Positions 1 through 12,943 of a stretch of 64,000 bases of DNA are shown piece by piece (position 1 is the stretch's first letter; every line of letters starts with the position of its first letter). The stretch spans positions 1,364,001 through 1,428,000 of the forward strand of contig NEEC01000016.1 in the NCBI GenBank assembly GCA_002189035.1, read 5' to 3'. The notes under the pieces were generated by a model. That model was given only the letters and a program-made list of their open reading frames with translations, had not been told where the DNA came from and did no database searches. The position numbers were made by a program, and so were the translations under genes. The stretch comes from Utricularia gibba. Lineage: Eukaryota > Plantae > Magnoliophyta.

Positions 1-71
1 TTGTTAGCATGTTTTGTTGCGCCAATGCCTGAAGGCTCTTTTATCATTGCATTTCTGCGTGTCATCATTAG

Positions 72-495
72 GTACGAGCTGTGTTTTAATGGAGAGAAAG
101 TAACCAAAACCTCAGCGGCAAATCCTGCAGAAACTGGAAAAACCCAACATCATGGTCCGCATCATTACAATGGTGAAAAAAATGCAGCGGATGGGGACAG
201 TACCGTGGTGGATTTATTCCGTTGGTCGCGGTGCAAAAGACCACTTCCTCAAAAATTCATGCTGAGTATTGGAATCCCTTTGCCTCCTGAACATGTTGAG
301 GTACCAATGTCTAAATGATGCTAACATTCTATATATTTCCATTGTTGAGTAGTTAAAAAGATAGCTTCTCACGTTGTGCTTCAGATTTTGGAGGAAAACT
401 TGGAATGGGAAGATATATCATGGTCGCAGACTGGGGTTTGGATTGCTGGTAAAGAATATCAGCTTGCTCGTGCTCACTTTCTTGCACCAAACTAG
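72..495 (+). CDS. Last two exons of an unidentified protein-coding gene; 5' part lies outside the window
   Basis: Acceptor AG at 70-71, then exon 72-300 (YELCFNGEK...LFRWSRCKRPLPQK...PPEHVE). GT-AG intron 301-384. Exon 385-495 (ILEENLEWEDISWSQTGVWIAGKEYQLARAHFLAPN) ends in TAG at 493-495. The frame is continuous across the splice. I cannot name the family. Confidence 0.75.
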
Positions 496-948
496 AACAC
501 TTGGGTGGCTGATAAGTTATATCAAAGAGTTCATTTCGTTGCCTGTAGGAGAAAGGTAAAAATGATGTAAACTAGTTACATTGTATGCAAATTGAGTTTC
601 GTTGAAGGAACAGTGTTTGTTCATCAGCTTCTATTTTCCAAAAGCTTCAGTGAAAGCTGCCTTCATAGTGAATCGAGTCGATAGTTGGCTGAAAGCCAAG
701 GACCAAAGCTTATTTCTGTGAAGGAATATGGTATACTGTAGAAGTTCTGCAAGAATGGTTATCTAGCACTGTATTCATGAATGCATACATGGTTTGTGTA
801 TGATTATATCACTCATTTAGGGAAGACGAGAGAAACTGCATTATTTCAACAGAATCAAAATCTAGTCAAGTGGTTGCAGTCTTCATACATGAGGAAAAGA
901 GAGCAGGAACCATACAAAACAGGTGTATTGATTGAGGGATCAGCCTCT

Positions 949-3511
949 TCATAGCTCATCCTTGACGGAGGCCGACTCCACTTTTTCGGCTACTTCGGGC
1001 TCCGAGGAGGCTTCTTCTTCCGCAGCTGGCTTATCCCGATTGTCTTCTATGAACTTGATGATGTCCTCTTTCGTTCTATGTCCACTGTACACAGACAGGT
1101 TGCCGCTAGACGATCTGAAGTACACTGTGGGGTATCCTTGGACGTCGAAGGTGGAGCGAGGGACATCGTTGGTGGTTGCATCCTGAGGAAAATGAAAACC
1201 AGGAGATGAACTGAGTGCCACAGGTATAGCAGAATGGAAATCAAGATGGTGATGATGAAAGCTTACAAATTTGGCGATTATGACATCTTGATCCTTTTCA
1301 AAGGCGATGGCTACTTCTTCCAAGATTGGAGCCAGCTTCTTGCAGTGTCCACACCATGGAGCATAGAACTCTATCAGGACTGTTGTCAAAACCGAACCTT
1401 ACTCTTGTGAGATCCCAGACATGGAATACAGAGATCAAAGATGGATGCAATGCACCAACCGTTCTTCCCAGAGTTGAAGACGATATCGTCGAGGCTGTCG
1501 CGAACCACCACCTTCACAGGTTCATCATTCACTTCAGGAATGGGATCCGATTTTATGAACGGCTTCAGCAGTCCATTCTGTGAACACCATTTCAAGGTAA
1601 AGAACTAGAACATGAGTAGAAGCTGCTCAGATGAGGGATTACCTCATACTCCTTCAACCATGGAGCAATTTGGGCTACCTCAATGCCTTCCTTCACATAT
1701 TTCTCACCATCAGCTTTCATTACAACGAGCACTGGGACATTCTCTGCCTTGAGCCCGAAGTACTGCAATCCGGGGAATAAGGAAGCTTCAGGTTCTATTC
1801 ATATTATCCAGTCAGACAGAGAAACGAGCGGTGAGAAGCTTAACCTGGAAAGCATTTCTGGCAGCATCAGTATCACCCAACAGAAAAGTTAAGCCCTTTC
1901 CTTTATGAAGAGTAGCCACTTCCTTATATTTGGATTGGAAAGTATCCTGGTCTTTGGTGAAGTTGATGAACAACATGGCCTGAAAACATAGGACTCTGAT
2001 GCCTCAGCGACTTTGTATGGAACTTTTGCGCTGCAAAGTTGAGGTGTACCTTGTCACCAGGGCTTTGGAAGAATTTACCGACGTAGGGATGATTCCTAGT
2101 ATCACTGTCCCAGACAGTTACAACCGGGATTATAGAGCCTGCAATGAACTTCTCCAGAGACTCGACAACAAAGTCCTGGTTACAGTAAAAAAAAGTGCCT
2201 TCAGCTTAGAGAAATGAAGGGTATGGGGGCAAGATGAATGTGGGAAATATGTAATGTTGGGTACCTCTGAGTCAACAAAAAGTTCATCAAAAGGCTTAAG
2301 CAAGCGGACAGTCGGCTTCGTGACTGGCTCACCCCGAGGAATGAGTTTAGCATCAAGGGTGTGACCAAAGCCATAATCTGACCGCAACTTCTCTGCCAAA
2401 AGGGTGTAATTCTGATACTCCTCCCCAGAAAATTCCGGAAAAATTCCAACCTAGTACATGAAACTTCAGCACTTCAGAGCGGGGAAAGAACCAAACAAGG
2501 AGAGGAAAACACACAGAAGACATGATGAACTCACAATAAAAACACTTTTCTCATCAATGAGGGTAGCAGCATCCTCAGCTGATTTGATTTCAGTGGATGC
2601 AGGGCCAACTTGTTTCTTTAAGTAATCGACGATACCCTCAGCATCACGAGGACCTTTGTACTCTTGAGCATACTTTCCACCATTTCTGAAAATTTTAATG
2701 GTGGGGAAACCTTTTATCTCGAATTCATTTGCTAGTTCACGATTGCTTTCTTCGTTGGCATCAACTTTTGCAAGAACAATTGGAGGATCATGGCTGCTCA
2801 GCGTGTCCGCAGCCTTTTCATACTGTTAAGAGAGGAAAGATCACAAAAGGGCAGCTTTAAAACATTGCACCAACTGGGTCGAAGCCCCAAAACAGCAAAA
2901 GGCAATCACCTCTGGAGCAAGTGCCTTACAGTGACCACACCTGTTACGAAAATGAACAAAAGGAAAGTGAACCTGAATTCACTTTAGCATCTCTGTGCAG
3001 ATGAATAAACGACCACACCCAAAGGAAACTTTCCATGTTTACATAGAACCGTATCTTTTCGTTGTCCAGATGACCAAGCAAAACGAAAGCAACGGAATTG
3101 ACTTTTGCAATCACGCACGCATTAGCAGACCTACTGCATGCATTCACCATTCTTAATTGAAAGGAGACAAACATCGCAAACAGGAAGTACGCCCATTTCC
3201 ATGAACAAGACAGGAACAGGAGTGGAATTCAATTCAATGGGACTCAAGAGGGGAACCAGATCTCGTCGGATCAAATCAATTCATCCGAATCACAAGCTAT
3301 CACACTTCCCTAAACCAGAGAAAACAACTTACCACGGAGCGTAGAACTCAACAACGAGGAAATCGTGCTTAGCTACAGTATCCTTGAAGTTGGAGTGGTC
3401 CAAAGTCAACACCTTTTCCACCTCCCCCTCCGCGGACACCTCCCATAGACTCAGAAGCGCTACAACCGCAACGAAACCAATCCCAATTCCTCCAAAAATC
3501 CTAGTCCCCAT
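949..3511 (-). CDS. PDI: Protein disulfide isomerase, PDIL1-type, multi-exon
   Basis: N-terminal signal peptide (MGTRIFGG...[12 protein letters not shown]). Two thioredoxin active sites: EFYAPW|CGHC split by intron 1, and [16 protein letters not shown]-terminal KDEL, then TGA at 949-951. GT-AG introns throughout. Confidence 0.96.
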
Positions 3512-3627
3512 CCGGGCGTGTCACGCTCACTTGCCTTCTTCCCCAAACAAATAAAAAATCGAAGCTTTTCCTCAACAGACTTTTCTTCACAGTCTTTGCA
3601 TGTGATGCAGCTTCGCTCGTCAGTCCC

Positions 3628-3692
3628 ATTTATACGCCTTCAGGCCGTAAGTCCAGGTGGCAGAATCTGATGACGTGGCTAAGTCCTATTCG
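3628..3692 (-). promoter_or_regulatory. PDI core promoter with TATA box and ERSE/UPRE-like ER-stress element
   Basis: On the gene strand: CGAAT-N9-CCACG (3692-3674; ERSE consensus CCAAT-N9-CCACG, one mismatch) running into CCACGTCATC (plant UPRE core; TGACGTGG on + at 3671-3678). TATAAAT at 3634-3628. Confidence 0.7.
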
Positions 3693-4429
3693 TTGCAGGC
3701 ACGTGTACACGTAGAACACTGTTGTAATGACGGCTTTCAATTTGGATAAACATTATTTGGAAATTAAAAAACAATCAAACCGGATTTTTTTTATTTTTAA
3801 TTAAATTAATTCTATTTTTTAACTAGGTAGTTCGTCACAATATTCAATGAGTGTAACAATGTGATGTACTAACACAACTATCTAGAACATGCAATACACT
3901 AATCAATCTAGTAATATTATTTCACATTGGTTACATACGAGAAATTGAAACGTGTTTAAGAATAGAGACTTCTAATTTTATATGATACATTTTCTTTATA
4001 AAATAAGAACATAAAACTGTGAAAATTGAATATTCAAAATGAATAATATCATATAATAAAATTTCATGATCTAATGATAATATCCCACATTAGTTATGAT
4101 CATAAAAAACGATGTATTTAAATAAATGAATCTTCTTAATCTTATGCAATACATCTTTTTGAAAATTAAAAAACATAAAACCATGAGGATTGAATACCTA
4201 TAATAAATAATATCTTACAAGTATAATGTAGATCTACAATTGAATTTATAATGACGAATGACAAAATCCAATATATGTGTTGTGACCCACCATCGCTTTG
4301 AATGATATTATTCGTTTCGGATAATTAATACTCAAGATTTTACGTTCTTCTTTTTTAGAGAAAATATTTCATATAAAATTAGGAGAAATATCTCTATTTA
4401 AGTACGTACTATTTAAATTCCATAACCAA

Positions 4430-4805
4430 TGTGAGATATTGTAACGGTTACAACATCTCTGAACTTACAATATGGGTCTATCATGGTTTGCAACATATGG
4501 GTGAGACATTCGTAATTCGATATTCGGGATTCATTGAATTTGGGGGTCTAGCTGATGTGGATAGGATTAGTTTGGTCCAAGCCCTAGAGTATCTTCTAAT
4601 ACTCTGCTCAGAAAAATGGAGTTTCAACTGGAATTATGTTGAGATGATGTGCAAGTCAACTAACTACCAGAATGCATAGGGGGCTTTTTGAGATTCTTTG
4701 CTTTGCGGACACGCCGTGTCCGATGGCGTGCGGGGGCCGACGAGTTCAGTTCGGTTCACTTGGGCTGGGCTGGGCTCTGGTCTACGGTCCATAGGGATTG
4801 ATACA
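4430..4805. mobile_element. Putative solo LTR / TRIM-like remnant, about 376 bp
   Basis: GC-richer island in AT-rich DNA, starting TGTGAG and ending GATACA (TGT...ACA termini). Flanks accaa/aacga match only 3/5, so the target-site duplication is unconfirmed. Confidence 0.45.
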
Positions 4806-6034
4806 AACGATCATATGTTATTGCCATAATATGAACTATTAAAAATTGATATGTGATTCTTGTATTTTATGTATTATAAATAATTTATAAAGTTGACACA
4901 TTATAATATACGATTTTGTAAAAAGATTCCAAAAATTAAATATGTATAAGAATTGATGTTTTGAAATTCGAAATATTATCATATCCCAATTTGAGCGAAT
5001 AACGTTTTGATTACCAAAATTCTTTTCAACTCTTTAATAAATTTTTGTAATTCATGTTTACACTTTTGAAAATCTCTAAACAATGATTACATTCATGAAG
5101 TCTAAGAATGACAAATGTACACAATAGTCATGTAGACTACCACCCAATTACTTTTTAATATATATCATATTCAATATATACTTATGTGAAAAATATGAAG
5201 TCATTTTGTAATATGTTTTTCAAGTTGGCTAGTTAACTAGTTTTCGACAATTCACTTAATCGGATATATGATTATTCGTTTTAGCTAAAAAAAATTGGTA
5301 AGTCGTAGTAATATTAATTGTAATTATTTATAACACATGAGTATAATTATAATTTTAGTATTAGAGCCAATTCTTAAAATTCAATTTTCACAGACAAACT
5401 ACTATCTAATGATTCTCATAAAATTTAAGTGATTCTAAAAAAATAATTATTATAAAATAGAATTTGATATATGTTTGAAAGATAAACAATTGTATTATAA
5501 TAGAATTGATTCTAGTAACTTCTAAACATTGCTTAAAAAACATTATGTTCAATGTTTATAAAAATTTAATGTTATGATGTTAATATTTGAGGTTGATATT
5601 TCATATTTTATAGGATTAAGTATAATGCACTAAAAATAAGTTTATTATCATTAAACTTGTGTTTGATCGATCAAAATCAGATTTATTTGTATCAAAACCG
5701 AATTTTGAACCAAATCAAGTACAAGAGGTTAGGATTTGAACCTCATTTAAAAACATATAAATGTAGTTTGTAGTTGTACTCAAAAACAAAGGTGACCTTT
5801 TCCTAACCACATGGTTTTTTGTTTCTTTTCCCTCAAGTTCTGTTAATTGTCTTTCAATCATGCCACTAATTTCCCCATTTAAAAATTGGGGATTATATTT
5901 TATTTGTTTTTGTTTTGGAAAATCCGAAATAATAGGCCGCCGAAATCTGAATGTTTTTATAGGAGTCTCGACCGGCGACTTGTCCGGGGTTTCAAGTTCG
6001 ACGGCAACCTGAACTGTTTTCTTCATCTCACGCC

Positions 6035-7596
6035 ATGGATTTGCTGACAGTCGTGCCGGGACTACTCTTCATTTTCACGCTCATCTACGCACTACGAACA
6101 TTTTCTAGAAGAGGCAGAAGGCTGCCTCCGGGGCCGACTCCGCTGCCGATAATCGGAAGCCTGCACCTCCTGGGTGATCAACCCCACAAGTCCCTCGCAG
6201 GACTGGCTGAGATTTATGGACCGCTCATGTGCATCCGTCTCGGATTCGTCAACACGGTGGTGGCGACGTCGGTTGAAATGGCTAGAGAGTTGCTGCAAAA
6301 GCAGGATTTGGTGTTTTCAAGCAGGAGGGTGCCTAATGCAATCCACGCACACGACCAGTTCAAGTATTCTGTACTATGGTTACCTGTCGGAGCGCGGTGG
6401 AGGGGTCTGCGGAGGGTGATGAACTCGAATATCTTCTCCGGCAGCCGGCTTGATGCGAGTCAGCATCTCAGGGAGAGGAAGGTGGAGGAGCTGATTGAAT
6501 ACTGTCGGAGGAGTAGTCAGAAGGGGGTGGCGGTTGACATCGGCCTGGCTGCGGTTAGGACGTCCCTGAATCTTCTTTCCTGCACCATCTTCTCCAAGGA
6601 TTTGACGGATCCGTTCACGGATTCGGCCAAGGAGTTTAAGGAGCTCCTGAGGGGGGTCATGGAAGAAGCTGGAAAGCCGAATCTTGCAGATTTCTTCCCT
6701 TTTCTTGAAAAAGTTGATCCGCAGGGAATTCGAAAGCGCATGGCGGTGCATTTCTCCAAGATGATCCACCTTTTCCGGGGACTCATCGATGAGAGATTGA
6801 AGCAGAAAGCGCAGAGTGAAGCGGGTTTTGGCGACGCCATCGACGGATTACTTGCGATCAGTGAAGAAAACCCTGATGTGTTGGACCGAACTCACATCGA
6901 ACGCATGTGTATGGTAAGCGATTGGAAGGGTTACATGGAAGTTGTTTTAGCAATTTGGTCGAACATCTGGTGAGCAATCGGTTCACGCAGGATCTGTTCG
7001 TCGCCGGGACCGATACAACCTCGAGCACGCTCGAGTGGGCGATGGCGGAGACGCTGAGGAGCCCTGAAACGATGAAGAAAGCGAAAGAAGAGCTGGAGAC
7101 TGTCATCGGGAAAGGAAAAGCCCTAAAGGAAGCAGATATTTCACGACTACCTTACATCCGCAGCATCATCAAGGAGACTCTCCGGATCCATCCCCCAGCG
7201 CCGTTCCTGGCCCCCCGCCGGGTGGAACAGGACGCAGAAGTCTCCGGCTACACAGTACCCAATAACTCGCACGTCTACATCAACGTGTGGGCGATCGGGA
7301 GGGATCCCAAGATCTGGCCGAATCCCTTGGAATTCAAACCGGAGAGGTTTCTGGAATCGGAGATCGACATGCGTGGCCAGGACTTCGAGCTGATCCCGTT
7401 CGGCGCGGGGCGTAGGATCTGCCCTGGGCTGCCACTGGCCGTCAGAATGTTGCCGCTGATGCTGGGGTCGCTGCTGAACTCGTTTAACTGGAAGCTGGAG
7501 AGTGGAATGACAGCCAAGGATTTGGACATGGAAGAGAAGCCCGGGTTCACCCTCCAGAAAGCTCAGCCTCTCCGCGCCATTCCCATTCCTCTGTAG
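6035..7596 (+). CDS. CYP76B: Cytochrome P450 CYP76B subfamily, geraniol 8-hydroxylase (G8H/G10H)-like
   Basis: Exon 1 6035-6913, GT-AG intron 6914-6990, exon 2 6991-7596. Membrane anchor and LPPGP hinge, I-helix AGTDTT, KETLR, FKPERF and heme motif FGAGRRICPG. The junction RTHIERMCM|DLFVAGTDTTSSTLEWAM and the C-terminus resemble CYP76B6 as I recall it. Confidence 0.92.
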
Positions 7597-9193
7597 CCGT
7601 CACACCAATGGAATAAAAGGGATCGGCTATTCATATATTTATTTTACAAAAATTGGTTTCTAAAGTACCTTACTTTCAAAAAAAAACATATGTAATAGAA
7701 GAATTTTATTGAATTAAGAATTTGATAACACATATTTTTGAGTATTTAAATATATGAAGATGACTTATATTTTGTTACAAAATTCAATTTTATTACGTAT
7801 TTTCTATGTTTTTGTGATTAGAATTGTAGTTGTGTTTTTTATATTCTTAATTGGAAAATAAGATTTACAACTTTAGTTCTAATAATTTTCTTGACCAATG
7901 TAGTATTTGCGAGCAGCCCAATTTCCTAGGAGTCGAAAAAAGCACAATAAAATTACAGAAAATATGAATAAAAAGTTGAAGTAAGTATAATTAAATCCCA
8001 AGGAAGTAAAGAAAAAGAATTTTGAAAATAATGGGAGAGAGAAGAGGAGGAAATACCCTTGAATAACATGCCACTAAGAATTGTGGGGAGGAAGAAAAAA
8101 TAATCACAAGAACACAGAGGGACAATGAAGAAGAAGGAGGGAGGAAACCAAGCCTTTTTTTGAAGATTTTTTGATGAAGAACATTATCCTTAGCTAAGAA
8201 CAGTTTTAGCTTTATTGTATAAACCATTTACCGTTTCTATTTCTATTATGTATTATTTGATGTCGTTTAACTTTAAAACCAAAATGCTGTTTAGGATATA
8301 TTATGAAAACGCTTTTTTTTCCGTTATCATAAGTAGTTAAAGCATCTAGTGATGTCTTGAGATAAAAGGGTTAAAAAATTTGTTGTTCACTAAATCACAT
8401 TAATTAAATATCATATTATTACCTTACAAACCAAAATGAATTCAGGAGGGGAAAGTAGTGAAACTCACTAAAATAAACCTAATTAGAGGTAGACAAAAAA
8501 TTAGAAAAAATAACGGTTTGTGTAGACTTAGACTTTTGCTTGTTATGTGAATGATCTATGATTTAGAATGAATAGATGTAGCAGTTTGCATGTTAATCCT
8601 AGGAATTCCAAAGCATCATCCATCTCCTCTTATATGCAATCGAGTTCAAAAGTTTGTTGATTTTATTTACTAAATTTTATCATAAATCTGTCATAGTCCT
8701 AGTTCAGACTAATTCTATTAATGTAACATTGATTGCATGCATTGATAATCATATGACAACATTTGCTCTTCATGTTTTACCCTAATCACTATGCTCATAT
8801 GTTGTGGTTGAAAATCGGCGTAATGGCATGGACCGATTTTCGGTTATGGATACGGCCAGATGCGTCGTATCTGATTAAGATTTCAATGTTTTGTGTGGCG
8901 TGATCTGGTTAGCATAAATGAAAGGAGACAAGGATTTTAACGTGAAAATTGTTGAAAGACGGAAAAACCACGGAGCTATCGGAGCTTGCCGGAAAATAAC
9001 TTCACTAGATGGAAGTGAGGAAGGACACAAGTTAGGAAGCTTGGACTCGAACCCCTTCTTCTTTGGGGATTTCTTATATTTATAGGGAATGTTGATCTGA
9101 CTTAATTCTGAATTATGTAGGTGTCGACTGCTTTCTGTGCCTACTGTACGTATCGTGATCCTACTTTTCACATTGTCCAAAATAGCCGCTGTA

Positions 9194-10296
9194 TGTAACG
9201 CCCCATACCCCCTAAACTGCACAACAAGTATGGTAACGCAGTGCACGGCCGACACCGCACAAGAGCTCATATATGGAAATATCGCACAACCTTGCCGAAA
9301 GTCATCAACAATATTTACAACCTAAGCAATTTACAGTACCACCATAAGGGAAGGCACTTCCCTCTACAAGCACCACACGTCCAGACACTTAGCAGCTATC
9401 GGGGAGACACTCCCCGTGCATCAACACATCAAAAGCATATTAAATTCCTAAGCACTAAGAGAGGGCACCTCCCACACCGTCGGCGCTACAGGCGTAGACT
9501 CAAAACATGACTCTCGACCACCCTTGCCCGACTATCTCATTGGCGCACCCTCCTCGGTCACTCCAGCGATAGACCCGGAGTCCGGACCAATACACAAGAA
9601 TGAGTAAGGCGTTAATTCTCATGGTAGGAGAAACATCGTTCCTCATCACATTCCCCTCTCTCGGTCATCACTCATTTTTCCTAGCCCACAGCTCGCCCGC
9701 GTTGCCGGAAGACCGGGTTTCCTGACCGTGGGAGAGTCTCACATCGCCCCGCTCATGGTGAGCTAAGGCTTCCACACCCTCAGGTAGTCCCAAGTTGTTG
9801 CCGGTGTTCGATCCTCACCGGCCCCACTCGAAGGCTCCGCCCGCTTGCCCAAATATACACCCAAGGCTAAGCCCCTTACCCTCGCCGCTTTCGGCGACTC
9901 TCGTGCACTGTGCATTCGCTTCTGACCAGTTCGCACCATGGTTCCTTTCGGGTTCACGACTCCTCTCTCAGACGTGTAGCCCTCTACCCTAATTTCGCCC
10001 CCAATTCTAGTTAGCGGGTCAATTTCGAAGATGGGTCGCACGCACGGGTCATGGGTGGAGGCTGTCCCCTGCCCAGCAACCCGACTCCCCCTTTCCTTCT
10101 CCCTTGCGACACGACCTGCATGCCTCTTGTGTGGTGGTGGTGAGGGCTGCCAAGTCCATCGATTCTTCTCATGCCATGGTCACCCTATTGCATGACAGCC
10201 CCTCTCGCACCTCTCCTATTGTGATTGACACACGCCGGCTTGTAACAAGGCCATTAAGACTCCCTCCCATGCTACTCTAACTCCCTAGTCATTACA
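9194..10296 (-). repeat. 3' LTR of the Tekay-like element
   Basis: TGTAACGCCCC...CATTACA on +, a direct repeat of 16013-17105. Preceded on the element strand by the polypurine tract AAAAGGGGGAGTAA (10297-10310). Confidence 0.93.
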
Positions 10297-11626
10297 TTAC
10301 TCCCCCTTTTAGAAGGTTTCGTCCCGAAACCTTACCTCTAAAAAGTTCAGGATGTGGTTGTCACATTTGTAATTTTCTCTCCCACGTGGCATCCTCCAGT
10401 ACTAGGTTTGCGCATTGTATCTTTAGCCAGATAATTGGCCTTCCTCGGTGCGTAGTGATCTTCCTCCCCAAAATTTTCAGTGGCCTCACCCTATACGTGA
10501 GGTTGTCTCCTACGTCGAACTCATCATTCCTGATTTCTCTTTCCGAGTCTGTGATCTGTTTCCGTAGCTAGGAGACATGAAAGACATTGTGTATCCCCAC
10601 GAGCCTTGGCAGAAGTGCGAGTTAGTACGCTATCGCCCCTATCTTCTGCACGACCCACTATGGGCCTATGAAATGGGGGTCCCAATTTAGTGAACTTGGG
10701 GCTTCTAGTTAGTCCTCGTTGCGGTGACAGCCGTAGATATACTGCTTCCCCTACTTCGTACTGTAAGGGTCTTCGCCCTTGATCTACCCAACTCTTCTGG
10801 CGGTCCTGCGCAACCTTCAGTCTCTCTCAGATGACCTTCACCTTGTTTTCCATCTCTTCGATTAGTTTGTGACTAACCAACGCTTGCTCGCCTACCTCAT
10901 CCCAGTGCAGCGGGGTCCTCCACTTTCGTCCATACAACGCCTCGCACGGCGACATTCTTGTCATAGTTTCCCAAAAATTCTAAGGCGCTCGCCCGTAACA
11001 GATCCTCTAAGGTCTGGATTGTGCGTTCTGATTGACCATCCGTTTGCGGGTGCATTGTGGTGCTCATAGTTAGCTTGCTTCCCATCACCTTTTGTAGTGC
11101 GTGCCACAAGCGAGATGTAAATCTGACATCTCTGTCCAACACTATGCTCACAAGTATTCTATGGAGTCTCACTACCTCTACAATGTACACTCTGGTCAAT
11201 CTTACGATGCTCCATTTTGAGAGGATTGGGATGAAATGGGCACTCTTCGTCAGTCTGTCCACTACTACCCAGACCACATCATGTCCAGATCTTGTCTTTG
11301 GCAAGCCTGTCACGAAGTCCATGGCTATTTGTTCCCACTTCCACTCTGGTATCTCCAATGGTTGCAAGAGTCCACCTAGTTGTTAGTGTTCTGCTTTGAT
11401 CTGTTGGCATACTTGACAGCAGCTCATGAATTCTACAATTTCTCTTTTCATTCCTGGCCACCAGTACGTGTTCCGGATGTCTCTATACATCTTTGTTCCT
11501 CCAGGGTGCATTCCATACCCTACTTCATGAGCTTCTTGCAATATCAGCCTTCGTAGTTCTTCTTCCAGTACCCATATCCTTCCATGCGCAACGATCAAAC
11601 CGTCTGCTTGTTTTGAGAAAGGGTCC

Positions 11627-12943
11627 TGTTGCGTGTCATTTCCTCAACAAATTTTAAATGTATAAAACGTAAAACATCAAAAAGCGTAGTACGAGTATCG
11701 ATCTCAATAAGTTGTTTTTCGTGAAAAGTGTTTTGCAAGAAACTTCTACAAAATGTCACAGTTTTGTAAAATGGGGTTTGTGAAATGTAAAAATGAAAGA
11801 TACAACCTAAGTGATGGACCTTGACTATGAGACGCAATTCCTAGGAATGAGATTCCGTCTCCTTCCTTTGTTCATCCTTACCTCGGTTTTCACTGATTTC
11901 TTTCAAATAGCTGGTTATAGGAACAAGGAATAGCCTACTCTCCCTTACACTCTGATTAACAAAGAGGCAAGGGAATAGCCTCATGTGATTCCCCCTTGGA
12001 TGATTAGGAAGACAAGAGGATTGCTTTCGATTGCCTTCAAAGCCGAATTGCGCATGTGTGCTTAACTGTTGCCAATAGCAAGTGGTAGGTTCGAGGTCAC
12101 AACCTATCCACTGTCATGGTACCTAAGCCACAAACAATCCGCTACTTCCCTCGAACTGGCAAGGTTGGAGTTGGCGCTCTTCACATTGATCTTCACGAAA
12201 TCGCGAGGAGTGGCTTGCTACTCATGGACCTTGATTAGGAGTCGTTATAGAAAGACTGCAATAAGACGCGGGGAAGTATGCATAATCCAAAATGAATTCA
12301 ACGAATAATTGAGTGTATTGCTAAAGACTTGGAAGGAAACTTCATCTTCTCTAAAAAACTAAAGGGTTTTAGCCACAAAGGGTCATGAAAATAGAAACGA
12401 AGTTGGAAACTAAGTGTTCTTCCTCCTTGAAGGGGAGGAAGAACTCAAAAGTTTTAGTCTAGAAAGGAAATGGCAAAAGTCGAAAAGTTCTCAAACAAGT
12501 GTTCCAAGTCGATTCTTATCTCACTCCCCACGTGCATTAACTCCTTTAGGTTCCCTTCTCATCATTCTTTCTGTCTTGCGTGCACCAGCAGCTTTCCTTT
12601 GCATGCAAGTTAACGCCCCAATCATTGCTACAGACTCTGACATGCCGTTAGTCAGGGGCCTTGACCAATGTCAGTCTTCCCCCCACGGTCGTTCCAAGTC
12701 GCATACAAAGCACGAAAAGTCAAAGTCTGACCTCATGTAATACTCTTGCAACACTCCACGACATTCTCTTAACATGTCTCAGTCAAATAGCACGAAAAAA
12801 GATAGAAAATATATACAAAATAGAAAAATAGGATTTTTCTAAGGAAATTCAATATTTATCAATATAAATCCTAAATTAGACAACTAAACACTAGATTAAT
12901 ACATAATAATACTTAATAATAAACTAGAAAATGACACTTAATA
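11627..12943. mobile_element. Solo LTR (~1.3 kb, gypsy-like, lineage unassigned) inserted in the Tekay pol gene
   Basis: Imperfect inverted termini TGTTGCGTGTCATTT / AAATGACACTTAATA. Target-site duplication GGTCC/GATCC. Removing it restores the host frame ...YAGQDPFSKQADGLIVAHGR... between RNase H and integrase. Confidence 0.85.

Noticed and set aside
5715-6026. 103-aa minus-strand ORF head-to-head with CYP76B
   Set aside because: Starts 9 bp from the CYP ATG, runs into AT-rich low-complexity DNA and has no recognisable motif. Most likely a chance ORF over the promoter.
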